64,000 bases of DNA from Octopus sinensis. Its lineage: Eukaryota. The notes below the pieces were generated by a model. That model saw only the letters and a program-made list of their open reading frames with translations. It ran no database searches and was not told where the DNA came from. A program made the position numbers and the translations under genes. The stretch is taken from NCBI RefSeq assembly GCF_006345805.1, contig NC_043000.1, positions 115,754,001 through 115,818,000 of the forward strand, given 5' to 3'. Below are positions 26,368 to 38,560 of this stretch, in pieces; positions within the stretch are counted from its first letter, which is position 1; each line of letters begins with the position of its first letter.

Positions 26368-26570
26368 TAACCACATGTGGGCTGTTGGCGATTTTTTCTC
26401 CGTTTTCCTTTTCTCTAGGACTTTCTTCTGTCTATTGTTTCTGAAGAAGAGCTTTGCTCGAAACGTAAAACACCCTTTTTTTACTTCTCGCAGCGTCTTA
26501 TTAATACTTTGCATGTACCATATCCTCGCGTTGTTGTTTTTCTCTTGTCCTTTATTTCTCCGTTTTTTTT
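26368..26570 (+). mobile_element. Penelope-type short non-coding element
   Basis: About 200-bp T-rich element between TA microsatellites, carrying the hammerhead at 26436. Confidence 0.6.
26436..26472 (+). ncRNA. Minimal type-I hammerhead ribozyme (predicted)
   Basis: Stem I TGTTT/AAACA; core CTGAAGA; extra A; stem II GAGC-TTT-GCTC; GAAA; palindromic AC/GT stem III; GTA cleavage triplet. Confidence 0.7.
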
Positions 26571-26627
<57 letters not shown>

Positions 26628-26728
26628 AATATTGTAATTTTAAAAAAATCAATATATCTTAAAGTTATTTCAGTTATGCAAGAACGAAACTGCATATACG
26701 TGAGGAACATATATATATATACACACAC

Positions 26729-26781
<53 letters not shown>

Positions 26782-27131
26782 TATTTCCGCTAAAACATAC
26801 TAATAGGTACAAACGTATTATATGTGTTTAGAAGGGAGGACAAGTGCAGTAGTTTGTATCATTATAATTATATAATATAATTATAACAATAATACACAAA
26901 CTTACATATATTTTCATATAAACGTGATATGTTTAGTTCTCCGTTATTTTTTATATTTATGCAGTAGTTGAAATCTTGCGGGAAGTGGGGAGGGGTTATT
27001 TTTGTTCAGTTACTTAATCTAAGGTTATCAATTGTTTTGAATTGCTTTGCCTCAGGTATGGTTGGTTAATTGATAACCGATGAAATCAAATTATAAACAG
27101 AACAAAATGCAGGTGAATTCATTGGTGAATT

Positions 27132-27163
<32 letters not shown>

Positions 27164-27261
27164 CATATATACACACATACATGAATTTAGGGTTAAAGTG
27201 ATATACTAAGGGGATATTATTCTAATATAATATATATGAGAGATAAGTTATTACAAATTTA

Positions 27262-27349
<88 letters not shown>

Positions 27350-27772
27350 TTATATGTATATTATATGTATACGTCTAACTATGTGAATCTTTAATATATT
27401 TATTAACTTATATAGGTACTATATGGTTAAAATACATGCCCGAAACCAGTTGGACCAAACTGGTCAAAACATCAAAAGTGACCGTATATATCGTCTCAAC
27501 ATGTTGTTGTTAATCGCCAAACGTACGCCCAGAATTCAATCTCCGAATCCTCACATATCCTCTTCTATATATAACTATACCTACATATTACCAAATTGTA
27601 GTCATTATCGTTAAAAATTTTTTTCAAAATCTATTATATCTGACAAATTGTTCCAAATGCAAGACTCCATCTTCTAAATGCCTAAAATGCAAGATTCCAT
27701 GTGATATTGTTAAGTCACTTCATTAATAAACTCCTTAGTTATTAGTCCTTAAAAATATATATCCATTCATAT

Positions 27773-27820
<48 letters not shown>

Positions 27821-28030
27821 TGTGTATGTATTTTTGCAGTCAAAATAGAGAGTTAGTAGTAGAAGAAAAGTCACATTTAACTGGCCAGGATCCGGTTTGC
27901 GATGATGTTTAGCTCATCAGAGCTTTGGGTGATTTTTCTCCACGATAAACACCCTGTGCTGAGTAAATGAATAAATAATCATTTCGCTTATGACATTTCC
28001 ATATATATATAGTGTACATTTGAACACATA

Positions 28031-28151
28031 AGGAATCCACTCGTGGAATTCAACAAGCTACAAAGAACAGGTAGGTTCTATAACCACAAAAATTAGGGTT
28101 ATAGAACCTAGCTGTTCTTTCTTGCGTGTTAAATTCCACGAGTGGATTCCT
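28031..28151. repeat. Imperfect hairpin, about 55-bp arms (probable MITE)
   Basis: GGAATCCACTCGTGGAATT...GGTTCTATAACC / GGTTATAGAACC...AATTCCACGAGTGGATTCC. Confidence 0.8.
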
Positions 28152-28455
28152 GGTTTTGTTGAATTTGTTCATTGTGTTCTTGCTTAAACTCAAATGAAAC
28201 TTCATCGATCAAAGATTAAAAACATTTCATTGAACATTTAAAATACACTCGAATACCACATTATCGCGTGAGATTGTATTTTACTTAGATGAATTTGCTT
28301 ATCTCGTTTATACTATTGCCTGAGATCCATTCCTTTATTCTTTCCTTTCTTACTTTCTTCCTCTCCTATATCCCATTGTAATAGCAGAGGTTTCACGCCA
28401 CGTGACGTAACTCGTCGGGATTTAACCCCGAGTTGCCGTCTTACAATATGCTCTT

Positions 28456-28689
28456 CTTATTTCTTTATTGCCTACAATGGGCTAAACATAGAGGGGACAA
28501 ACAAGAACAGATAAAGGGATTAAGTCGATTACATCGACCCCAGTGCGTAACTGGTACTTATTTAATAGACCCCGAAAGGATGAAAGGCAAAGTGGACCTC
28601 GGCGGAATTTGAACTCAGAACGTAGCGGCAGATGAAATACCGCTAAGCATTTCGCCCGGCGTGCTAACGATTCTGCCAGCTCGCCGCCT
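28456..28689 (-). mobile_element. SINE group B, full-length monomer
   Basis: Complete head to tail; imperfect flanking duplication ACAATATG(C/T)TCTT. Confidence 0.92.
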
Positions 28690-28899
28690 TCACAATATGT
28701 TCTTATTCCAATGTGTCCCTCTTGCCTAGTTTTCCTAGAGGAAATCCCTATAACGTTCTCGACAGATCCTTAAAAGATATATTTTCCATTTGTCTGGCAG
28801 ATCCAAACGGAGGAATTTAATGACATCTGAGTCAAAAGATTTACGGGAAACTGCTAGTAATGTCGTTCTGTTCAATTCATATAAATATAGCATAAATAT

Positions 28900-29098
28900 A
28901 GCAGAATCGTAACCGTGTCGGAAAAAAATGCTTAGTGTCATTTCTTCCAATTTTGCGTTCTGAGTCCAAACGTTGCCGAGGTTAGCTTTGCCTTTCATCT
29001 TTGTGGGGTCGATAAAAAAAGTACCAGTTTCGTACTGGGTCGATGTAATCGACTTAACCTCTCCCCGAAATTGTTGGCGTTGTGCCAAAATTTGAAAT
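28900..29098 (+). mobile_element. SINE group B (tail type 3), degenerate
   Basis: Group B core plus tail GTGCCAAAATTTGAAA. Confidence 0.8.
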
Positions 29099-29177
29099 CT
29101 ATATAGAATAAAGTTATTTATCTCTATTTTATATATTTCGTGCTTCTTGTTGCCATGAAAACCTCACCCGAACATTA

Positions 29178-29225
<48 letters not shown>

Positions 29226-29231
29226 GATATA

Positions 29232-29464
29232 CGGGGTGTTCAAAAAGTCTCTCCGCAGTATGTATTTAATGGTTTTCGGTCGGTTCTTGTACACTGATCC
29301 TTTACTTACTCCCTAGAAAAAAAGTCTGACGGTGTGAAATCAAGTGATCTTGGTGACCAAATTCCCTTCGAAATAATCGGTTCACCAAAAAACTCTTGAA
29401 GTAGCGCCATGGTGATATGCAGGATAAATAAAATTCACTGCGGAGAAACTTTTTGAACACCCTG
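29232..29464 (-). mobile_element. Miniature Tc1/mariner derivative
   Basis: TA|CGGGGTGTTCAAAAAGTCTCTCCGCAGT...ACTGCGGAGAAACTTTTTGAACACCCTG|TA; interior reads IISKGIWSPRSLDFTPSDFF (WPPRSPDL-type motif). Confidence 0.88.
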
Positions 29465-30104
29465 TATATGTATGTCTGCACGCATGTGTGTATGTATGTA
29501 TGTATTCTGAACTGACAACGAACCATTTATTTATATATGAATATATAGTTAGAGAGAGAGAGAGAGTTGAAATGGAAACAATACGTAGAAATCTGAATGA
29601 AAGAATATATTAAACAAATGAAAAGATATTAGTGAAAAAGAAAAGTAAAAGCGCAAAAAAATGCTAAAGAAATCATTTTGAATTATTAACAATTTGCATA
29701 TCTATCGAGGTGTCTGAAAGATATTTCGTGTGACGATTTCATTATCGCATAATCCGGTTTCTTATGGGCTTCCCATTGGGTGGCTTCAATATATTTTTTC
29801 CATCTCATAAATGAACAAAGAATTTAATTACATTAGTATAAAATAATAATGAATATTTTCAATAAATGTCTACAATAAGAGCTCAGAAGAATTAATAGAT
29901 AACCTACGAACAATTCGAAATTGCAACACGAAAGTCTGTCAGGAGATTATAAATTAAAGCTGAACTTCACGCTTCAATTGTACGAGTTAAAACAAAGAAC
30001 CATAAGGGGTCCTCTATGGCTGCTCAGCCTGTTAGAAAGAGCATCAGAATCTTCCTCAATTGAACTCTACCTTCATAATGTTTTTTTTTTAAAATAGGAG
30101 TGGC

Positions 30105-30505
30105 TGTGTGGTAAGTAGCTAGCTTACCAACCACATGGTTCCGGGTTCAGTCCCACTGCGTGGCACCTTGGGCAAGTGTCTTCTACTATAGCCTCGGGCC
30201 AACCAAAGCCTTGTGAGTGGATTTGGTAGACGGAAACTGAAAGAAGCCCGTCGTATATATGTATATGTATGTATATGTATGTGTGTATATGTTGGTGTGT
30301 CTGTGTTTGTCCCCCCAACATCGCTTGACAACTGATGCTGGTGTGTTTACGTCCCCGTAACTTAGCGGTTCGGCAAAAGAGACCGATAGAATAAGTACTA
30401 GGCTTACAAAGATTAAGTCCTGGGGATCGATTTGCTCGACTAAAGGCAGTGCTCCAGCATGGCCACAGTCAAATGACTGAAACAAGTAAAAGAGTAAAAG
30501 AGTAA
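30105..30505 (+). mobile_element. SINE group A, full length
   Basis: Clean match to the consensus. Confidence 0.93.
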
Positions 30506-30644
30506 GACATTAAATAAGGACATTTTAGATTCTCTAAAACGATGAAAAGGTCATGTTTGGAGTGTCTTTGATCAGAGGCTTAATAAATCAAGGATAAATT
30601 TTGAACTTGAACAGCAATAACGACGGTAGTAAAAAGCCAATAAA

Positions 30645-30820
30645 AGGCGGCGAGCTGGCAGAAACGTTAGCACGCCGGGCGAAATGCGTAGTCGTATTTC
30701 ATCTTTTCGGGGTCAATAAATTAAGTACCAGTTACGCACTGGGGTCGATGTAATCGACTTAATCCGTTTGTCTGTCCTTGTTTGTCCCCTCTGTGTTTAG
30801 TCCCTTGTTGGTAAAAAAGA
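30645..30820 (+). mobile_element. SINE group B with internal deletion
   Basis: Head joined directly to CATCTTTTCGGGGTC. Confidence 0.85.
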
Positions 30821-31214
30821 AACATATGGTGCTGGAGAGGGAGCTCATCAGGACCAGGTTGTCTAAGGAGGGTTGCTTTGGCCCAGGGTGGAAACGCAGC
30901 AGGCAAAAACTCTGTGTCGAGCAGTAGTGGGATGGCGCTTGTGAATAGTCGTCGGCTGGCAGCCTGTTCGATACAACTGAACACCAATCTAATTTTTAAA
31001 AGGCGGTGCTCCAGCATGGTCACAGTCAAATGACTGAAACATGTAAAACAGTAAAAGAGTAACCGAACATTGTATCCAAATTAAAATTCAACCATGAATT
31101 TTCTCCATGTACTATAATCTTAAATGCTTACAACAATTTTGAACGCCCTATTTCATTTCTCCACCCCTTTTTATACTTTACTCAATTCCTAGTATAATCC
31201 CTTTCTACCTTCTT

Positions 31215-31580
31215 TTACTTGTTCCAGTCATGTGACTGCAGCCATCTTTGAGAACCTCTTACTTTAAAATCTTTTATATAGTGTATCAGTCTCTTTTGCT
31301 GAATCGCTATGTCACGAGGACGCAAATAAATCAATACCGGTTGTGAGGGGGTGGTAGGGGACAACATTCTGATACAAAGACACATATGCGCACACACACA
31401 CCCATACATAAGTATATAAATGGCCTCCACACAGTTTACGACTAGTAAATTCTTTCACAAGATACTTGTCGGCCCGGGGTTATGCTAGAAGACATTGTCG
31501 AAGGTGCCATGCAGTGGGACTGAACCTGAAACCATGTAGTTCCGAAGTAAGCTTTTTAATCACACAACCATACCTTCATC
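31215..31580 (-). mobile_element. SINE group A (degenerate)
   Basis: Homology to the group A consensus. Confidence 0.7.
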
Positions 31581-31605
31581 TAAAAAAAAAAAAAAAGAAA
31601 ATGCT

Positions 31606-31715
31606 TGTCAGAAGTGGGATTTGAACCCACGCTCACATTCGTGAGCTAAGATACTTATTGTTTTGTTTAACGAAACTGTTGTTGAGTCTGTATTAGACCA
31701 CTCGGCCACCTCTAC
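31606..31715 (-). pseudogene. tRNA-Leu: tRNA-Leu(CAA) pseudogene with intron-position insertion
   Basis: Minus strand: TGGCCGAGTGGTCTAA..CAGACTCAA[insert]...GCGTGGGTTCAAATCCCACTTCTGACA, then a T-run; the acceptor stem is mismatched and GGCGC is missing. Confidence 0.75.
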
Positions 31716-31994
31716 ACACTATCCCTTTTTGTCTCACCTACGCTTCCCCGTTATTTTCTTTGTATTTCTCTCATCTTGTTTACCTCACCGTAGGTTTCAC
31801 GTATCACGCAGTAAAACATAAGCTGCTAAGCTTAACTTACATCTATTTATTTCCTTTCAGTACATGCTGTATTTCTTGTAACTAATTTGAACTACAAATT
31901 GTATAGTAATTATAAGCATTTCGTCCGACTCGCTAAAGATTCTGTCAGCGCACCACATTATATAATCCAATAATATTCTTTTCTACCGAGAACG

Positions 31995-32545
31995 ACTTTA
32001 CCTTTCATTCTTTCGGGATCGATTAAATAAGTGCCAGTTACGCACTAGAGTCGATCTAATCGACTTAATCCCTTTGTCTGTCCTTGTTTGTCCCCTCTAC
32101 GTTTAGCCCTCTGAGGGTAATAAAGAAATAAATATTTTTTCTACTCTGGGCACAAGGCCCGGAATTTTTAGAGAGGGTGTCCAGTCGATTAGATCGATCC
32201 CGACACGCAGCTGGTACTTAATTTATCGACTCCGAAAGAATGAAAGGCAAAGTCGACCTCGGTGGAATTTGAACTTAGAACGTAAAGACAGACGAAATAC
32301 CGCTCAGCATTTGGTCCAGTGTGCTAACATTTCTTATTTTTTTTATTGCCCACAAGGGGACAAACAAGGACAGCCAAAGGGATTAAGTCGATTACATCGA
32401 CTCCACTGCATAACTTGTATTTTATTTATCGACTCCGAAAGGATGAAAGGCAAAGCTGACCTCGACGGAATTTGAACTCAGACCGTAACGGCAGACGGAA
32501 TACGGCTACCTATTTCGCCCGGTGTGCTAACGATTCTGGCTGCTC
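31995..32545. mobile_element. Cluster of SINE group B copies (one plus-strand fragment, then minus-strand units)
   Basis: 31995-32130 on plus; 32135-32545 on minus, joined through the GAAATAAGAA|ATGTTAGC-type junction. Confidence 0.85.
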
Positions 32546-33380
32546 GCAGCCTTGTAATCTAACAATGTTGTTTACATTTATAACTATCCATATCGAGTTA
32601 CCTATGCTTAATTTACGTATAAATTTTGTACAGCAAAACCTTGATTTGATCTCTTCAATGTTCATTTAGGAATACACGTTGTCTCTTTATTCGTCTTGGC
32701 TACTAACACAACTTGTTTACCATTCAACTTCTTTATTATTTGACTTGTTTACAATTTCACCTACTTTATTGTTCAATCTCTCCATATCTGCTTGTGTATT
32801 TACTCTATTCATATTATTATTTTTAATCCTACACTGATTAAACTCTTGTCTCTATATAATTTCAATTCGTAGGATGTCGGTTCACAATTTGCATTGTGCT
32901 TCCTTTTATTTAATCATTTCCACCTTTCTTTGTCTCAAATAGCATTGTCTCTTCATTATCATTCTCTTCTTACCGCTCTTCTACAACACTCAAACCTTTT
33001 TCTTACTCTAATGTTTAGACATATTACCTTTGATTTAAAAACCTTTGCTAAAGATTAAATATTCTTGTAAATATTATGTAAATATTATGTAAATATTCTG
33101 TGATATGGTTTATTGATCACGACACACAACCAATGTTGAGACGTTCTTGAATTGTTTATTCACAGACTTATCTGAAAGCAACATAACATCCGTACGTCGT
33201 CTTCTAACAGAACGAAACATGAATATCTAGTACAAATTGTGAACACCAACCCTTTTCAAAACATGGTGCATCATATACTGTAATAGTTGATCGGTCAGAA
33301 AAATTATGATGTGATTAAAAAAAGTAAAGATCCTCAAACTTCAAATAAATGATAAAAATGTTTTGTAGATAGTCACCGTA

Positions 33381-33549
33381 TAGGCGTAGGAGTGGCTGTG
33401 TGGTAAGTAGTTTGCTTACCAACCACATGGTTCCAGGTTCAGTTCCACTGCGTGGCATCATTATCGCCTCGGGCCGACCAAAACCTTGTGAGTGGAATTT
33501 GTAGACAGAAACTGAAAGAAACCCGTCGTATATATATATATATATTATA

Positions 33550-33594
<45 letters not shown>

Positions 33595-33700
33595 CTTGTG
33601 TGTCTGCGTTCGTCCTACAATATCGCTTGACAATCGATGCTGGTGTGTTTGCGTCCCTGTTACTTAGCGGTTCGGCAAAAGTGACCGATAGAATAAGTTC
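33381..33700 (+). mobile_element. SINE group A, 3'-truncated
   Basis: TAGGCGTAGGAGTGGCTG...GATAGAATAAGT. Confidence 0.88.
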
Positions 33701-34331
33701 TATAGAAAATAATCCAATATTAGGGCATATAAGCCCTTACACTTACTAATACCCATTTTTTTCTGTGACGGTGGCTTAAATGTCCTAATATGAAACTATA
33801 TTCTATAGTCAATAAAAAAAGATTCACTCTCCACTGTTTACTAACTCCTGCAGTATTCGCACTTTTAGACCCGTATTTCGTGTGCAGAATTTTGCGTTCG
33901 TTACTATCATTTTTAAAGATTTAACTTGCTTTTAAATTTCAATTTTTGAATAATTTTTCACGAGTATTTTTTTTCATCTTTTGGCGCTATAGTTAATATT
34001 GATAAATTTCGTTGAGAGATAATGCAAAAAAATAAATTCATATTTGCATTTTGTTACTCGAGGTAGCCGAATGCCGTTTGCTTTGCTTTTTGAATTCCAT
34101 TACTGATTAAATAAAAAAAGACAGAAAAACAAAACAAAAACAAACAAAAAACTTTCACTTTTTTTTAGAAGTATCTTTTTCATTTTCTCTAATCTATAAT
34201 CTCGTGCTGAAATATTGAAAACTTGTGTAATTTCTGTTCGATAAGTTATACGTAATGTTTTGATTCTATCAGAGGGTATGATATAATAAAAGATATTCTG
34301 GTGAATTATATATCAGTATATATCAGGTTAT

Positions 34332-34631
34332 AAGGTCGATAAATTAAGTACCAGTTGCGCACTGGAGTCGATATAATCGACTTAATCCGTTTGTCTATCC
34401 TTGTTTGTCCTCTCTGTGTTTAGCCCCTTGTGGGTAGTAAAGAAATAGGTAATTCGTCTGTCGCTACGTTCTGAGTTCAAATTTCGCCGAGGTCGACTTT
34501 GCCTTTCATCCTTTCGAGATCGATAAATAAAGAACCAGTTACGCACTGGGGTCGATATAGTCGACTTAATCCGCTAGTCTGTCCTTGTTTGTCCCCTCTG
34601 TGTTTAGCCCCTTGTGGGCAATAAAGAAATG
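34332..34631 (+). mobile_element. 5'-truncated SINE group B dimer with 21-bp TSD
   Basis: TATCAGTATATATCAGGTTAT at 34311-34331 and 34632-34652. Confidence 0.92.
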
Positions 34632-34749
34632 TATCAGTATATATCAGGTTATGATATTTTTTTTATTTCTAATTATCACTAGTATAGGTGCAAACATGGT
34701 GTAGTTAAGTAGCTCGCTTTGCAATCACATGAATTCGGGTTCAGTCCTA

Positions 34750-34980
34750 CTTCTTTACTACCCACAAGAGGCTAAACACAGAAGGGACAAACAAGGACAG
34801 ACAAAGGGATTAAGTCGATTATATCGACCCCAGTGCGTAACTGGTACTTAATTTATCGACCCCGAAAGGATGAAAGGCAAAAGTCGATCTCGGCGAAATT
34901 TGAACTCAGAACGTAGCGACGGGCGAAATACCGCCAAGTATTTCGTCCAGCATGTTAACGATTCTGCCATCTCGCTGCCT
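34750..34980 (-). mobile_element. SINE group B, full length
   Basis: Match to the consensus; abuts a degenerate SINE head at about 34695. Confidence 0.9.
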
Positions 34981-34991
34981 TAACACTACTA

Positions 34992-35044
<53 letters not shown>

Positions 35045-35895
35045 GTATGTGTGTATGTATGCATTTATACACACACACACACACACACACATGTTTGTGT
35101 TCGGTGGCTAATCACAAACGTGTGAGTAATTGTGTATGTTCGCAAATGTATGTCTACTGGTCAAAGTTTCCTTTCGAAGTAGAATTTCGGATCATATGTC
35201 AAAGTCTGTTCTGATTCGGAATATGTAATAAATACCAGTAATACATGGTGTCCCTTCAATCACTGTCTAACCTCCCCCATTTACACTCCAACGAACCCCA
35301 TTAATTAAAATCAATAGGTTACGTCAAAAGTATTTTCATTTTTATTTTGATAAACAGGAACATGAGAACGAAAAATGAAAAAATGTGGAAAAAAAATTCA
35401 GTCATTTTATAAGAAATTGATATTTCTCACGACCAGTCTTATAATAATAAAAGTTACAGAGTTTTACTATTAAAAAAAAATCCAGACATCTCTGTCTCTC
35501 TCTGTAAAACTGATGAATGTATGTGCGATATCATCATGGGTAGCCATATTTTTTTTCAGTAAGTAAATTATTTTGAGCGTTGAAATGTAGGTTTCTTTCA
35601 CTTATTTTTTTTATAGTTTTCCTGTGATCACAGTAGATATGATTACATTCAAAATCACATATGCTCACACATAAAATATGTATAATCACACATACACACA
35701 CACATACATACATATGTATGTGTGTGAGTGTGTGTGTATGTATATATATATTTATATATATATATATATATATATATAGATACATACATACATATATTTA
35801 TAACTATCTATCTGTTCATACATACATATATACATACGTACATACATACATACAGATATACATATATATACACACACACATATGTATATATATGT

Positions 35896-35951
<56 letters not shown>

Positions 35952-35966
35952 TTATTTATGTATATA

Positions 35967-36360
35967 CTAGCAGTATCGCCCGGCATTGCTCGGGTTTGTA
36001 AGGGAAATAACTATATAACCATTTTTAGAGAGTTATAGCCAAAAAATAGCAAAAAATGCATTAAAAATGGAAAAAAATTATGGTAATTTTTTTAAAAAAT
36101 CGTTGACTCATCGTAGACATTTTTAGAGAGTTACTTCCCTTGTATAATAGCGAAAAAATGCATTAAAATGTAAAAAAATTATGGTAAATTTTTTTAAAAT
36201 CGTAGACTCATCGTAGACGCGCGTTAATACCCAGAAGGGTCGATATGAATCACGACTATAAGGTACCCGGTTTTGGTTAAACTGCACCGCAAAATGTGGG
36301 AGTAGTTAGGAATCTAAATCGTAGGAGACAGACACACAACTTCTCTTTTATATATAAAGA
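35967..36360 (-). mobile_element. Non-autonomous Helitron copy 1
   Basis: Minus strand: A|TC...hairpin CCCGAGCAATGCCGGG...CTAG|T; internal tandem duplication of about 100 bp. Confidence 0.82.
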
Positions 36361-36859
36361 TATATATATATATATATATATATAGATACATACATACATA
36401 TATTCATAACTATCTATCTGTTCATACATATATATATACATACGTACATACATACATACAGATATACATATATATATACACACACACACAGATATCTATC
36501 TATCTATATATATATATGGATATATATACGCTCACTCCTATCTATCTATATATGTATATACGTACATACATAATGCGTGTATATATATTTAGGGGTATCA
36601 TAAAATGACATATTCTCTCTCACACACAGACATGTTTATAAACATATAAACGCATTGAATTGTAGATACTTATTGTGATGCGTTCATGCACAGCCACGTA
36701 TACGTAAAAATGCATATACATGCACACACATAAATTCACATACACATACACTTGGATGTGATTTTTAGATGTAAATCAATGGAAATTGATGTACAGATAA
36801 ATAGAAGCTTATATGAATACAAATCATGTATGTATGTATGTATGTATGTATGTATGTAT

Positions 36860-37090
36860 GTGAAAGCGCGTGGCTTAGTGGTTAAGGTATTCGGTTCACG
36901 ATCATAGGGTTGCAGGTTCGATTCCCGGCGGCGCGTTATGTCCTTGAGCAAGACATTTTCATTTCCTGTTCCCCCAGTCCACTCAGCTGGCAAAAATGAG
37001 TAATACATGTGTTTCAAGGGACCAGCCTTGTGACACTCTGTGTCATGCTGAATCTCCCCGAGAAGTATGTTATGGGATACACGTATCCAT
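36860..37090 (+). mobile_element. SINE group D, 3'-truncated
   Basis: GTGAAAGCGCGTGGCTTAGTGGTTA...GGTTCGATTCCCGG; tail shared with group C. Confidence 0.85.
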
Positions 37091-37661
37091 GAAAATTTAA
37101 ATTTCAAAGCATAAGACTTACCACGTTATCTGGTGTATAGCCGCAGTTCAAATGGGTACATAATCTAAAACAAATGTGTGTGTGTGTGGTTAGGTCTTTA
37201 ACAGCCAAGTTCAATCGCAGAAAGGAATTCAAAACGCCAACACACGCAATCATATACATAGAAACATACCCATACACACACACACACATACACAAATACA
37301 TACCTATCAGCCACTCCCAAAAGCCAGTTTGATCCAAAATTCTGATCACCAATCTTTATATATTTTCATACAAACACACACACTTCTCTCACTTTTATTC
37401 ATTACTGTTTTTCTTTTAATCGTCTGTCACTATTCACCTGTTTTTAGTTTTTGTTTTTCTTTTGGGGGTTTCACTTTAGCGACAACAGTTACACATAGTA
37501 TACCTGGTAGTCAAAAGTGGAAAAAATGTATTTTTAAGTTTTTGAAAATTTGAAACAACAGGCATGTTTTTTTTATAAACTGGCTGTCGCAGGGTTGTGA
37601 AAATATGGCTACTACTCGTTAATTTTAAATTAAACTTACCAAAGTCTTTTTCAGCGCCCCC

Positions 37662-37850
37662 CTAGAGCCCCCAAGTCTCTTAACGCCTCCTAGCTTCAAA
37701 AGTCTCTTAATGCTCCCTAGCTCCAAAAGTCTCTTAACGCTCCCTAGCTCCAAAAGTCTCTTAACGCTCCCTAGCTCCAAAAGTCTCTTAACGCCCCCTA
37801 GCTCCAAAAGTCTCTTAATGCCACCTAGCTCCAAAAGTCTCTTAAAACCC
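37662..37850. repeat. 27-bp minisatellite (about 7 copies) next to a hAT-like end
   Basis: AAGTCTCTTAA recurs every 27 bp from 37673 to 37835; GTTGAGAACC follows at about 37879. Confidence 0.9.
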
Positions 37851-38369
37851 CCTTTGGTCAAGCTCTAAATAGCCCCCCGTTGAGAACCTTTGCTCTAAGG
37901 CGTGCTCCAGCATGGCAACAATCCAAGTACTGAAGCGATAAAAAATAGACATGCGCATAACTTACAATAAGACATAATATTACATTCCATAAACTTAAAC
38001 TCGTAGCAGAAAGATGAATTCTGTATTTAATGGTGTCCATAAATGTTTGAGATGCAAGATACATCATCCTAAATGAAATGGTGAACAAGATGTACAAATG
38101 ATACACACACGTTTATTACTTTATATTAGAGAGTCTATAAAAGATAATGGTGATGATCTTAGCTTCAGATCTTTGAATAAAGAGTTTTTTGATAGGAGCG
38201 GAATGAAAGATGAGAGAAAAGATAAAAGATATTGATTCTGTACGTAAGGATGTTTAATTGGAAAGAACAAATACATAAAAATTAACTGTCGGGATAGATT
38301 CATTTATCTTCTAGTATTCATGTGAAATTTCGTGTCGTTGATGGATATATTATTTTGAATGTTGATTCC

Positions 38370-38560
38370 AAAGTTACTCGACAGGGTGCGTTGTTCGGAA
38401 GTGAGGGAGGCTCTCCAGGGCGAGTCGCTACGTATCGGCACTGAGAGATCACAGCTTTGGTACAATGGACATGTAGGTAGAATGTCGCGAGAAAAAATCT
38501 CAAGATGGATTCTTCAAACTGGCAGAAAACCTAAGGATAGAGCAAAAACGAGATATCTGT
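38370..38560 (+). mobile_element. RTE-like LINE 3' fragment
   Basis: LDRVRCSEVREALQ...ERSQLWYNGHVGRM...GRKPKDR resembles the RTE C-terminal RWxGHVxRM...GxRPxGRP region. Confidence 0.65.

Noticed and set aside
28735-28890. Minus-strand peptide ...DVIKFLRLDLPDKWKIYLL...
   Set aside because: The rest of the ORF is SINE-derived, there is no good acceptor and the peptide is not recognised
30186-30485. Recurring peptide MFQSFDCGHAGALP... suggesting a small-protein family
   Set aside because: Antisense translation of SINE group A; copies have frameshifts and stops
30835-30900. CTGATGAG on minus with GAAAC nearby
   Set aside because: The two half-motifs are on opposite strands, so no hammerhead can form
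37625-37861. ORF with KRLLELG repeats resembling an LRR or coiled coil
   Set aside because: Simply the translation of a 27-bp minisatellite; no splice or gene context
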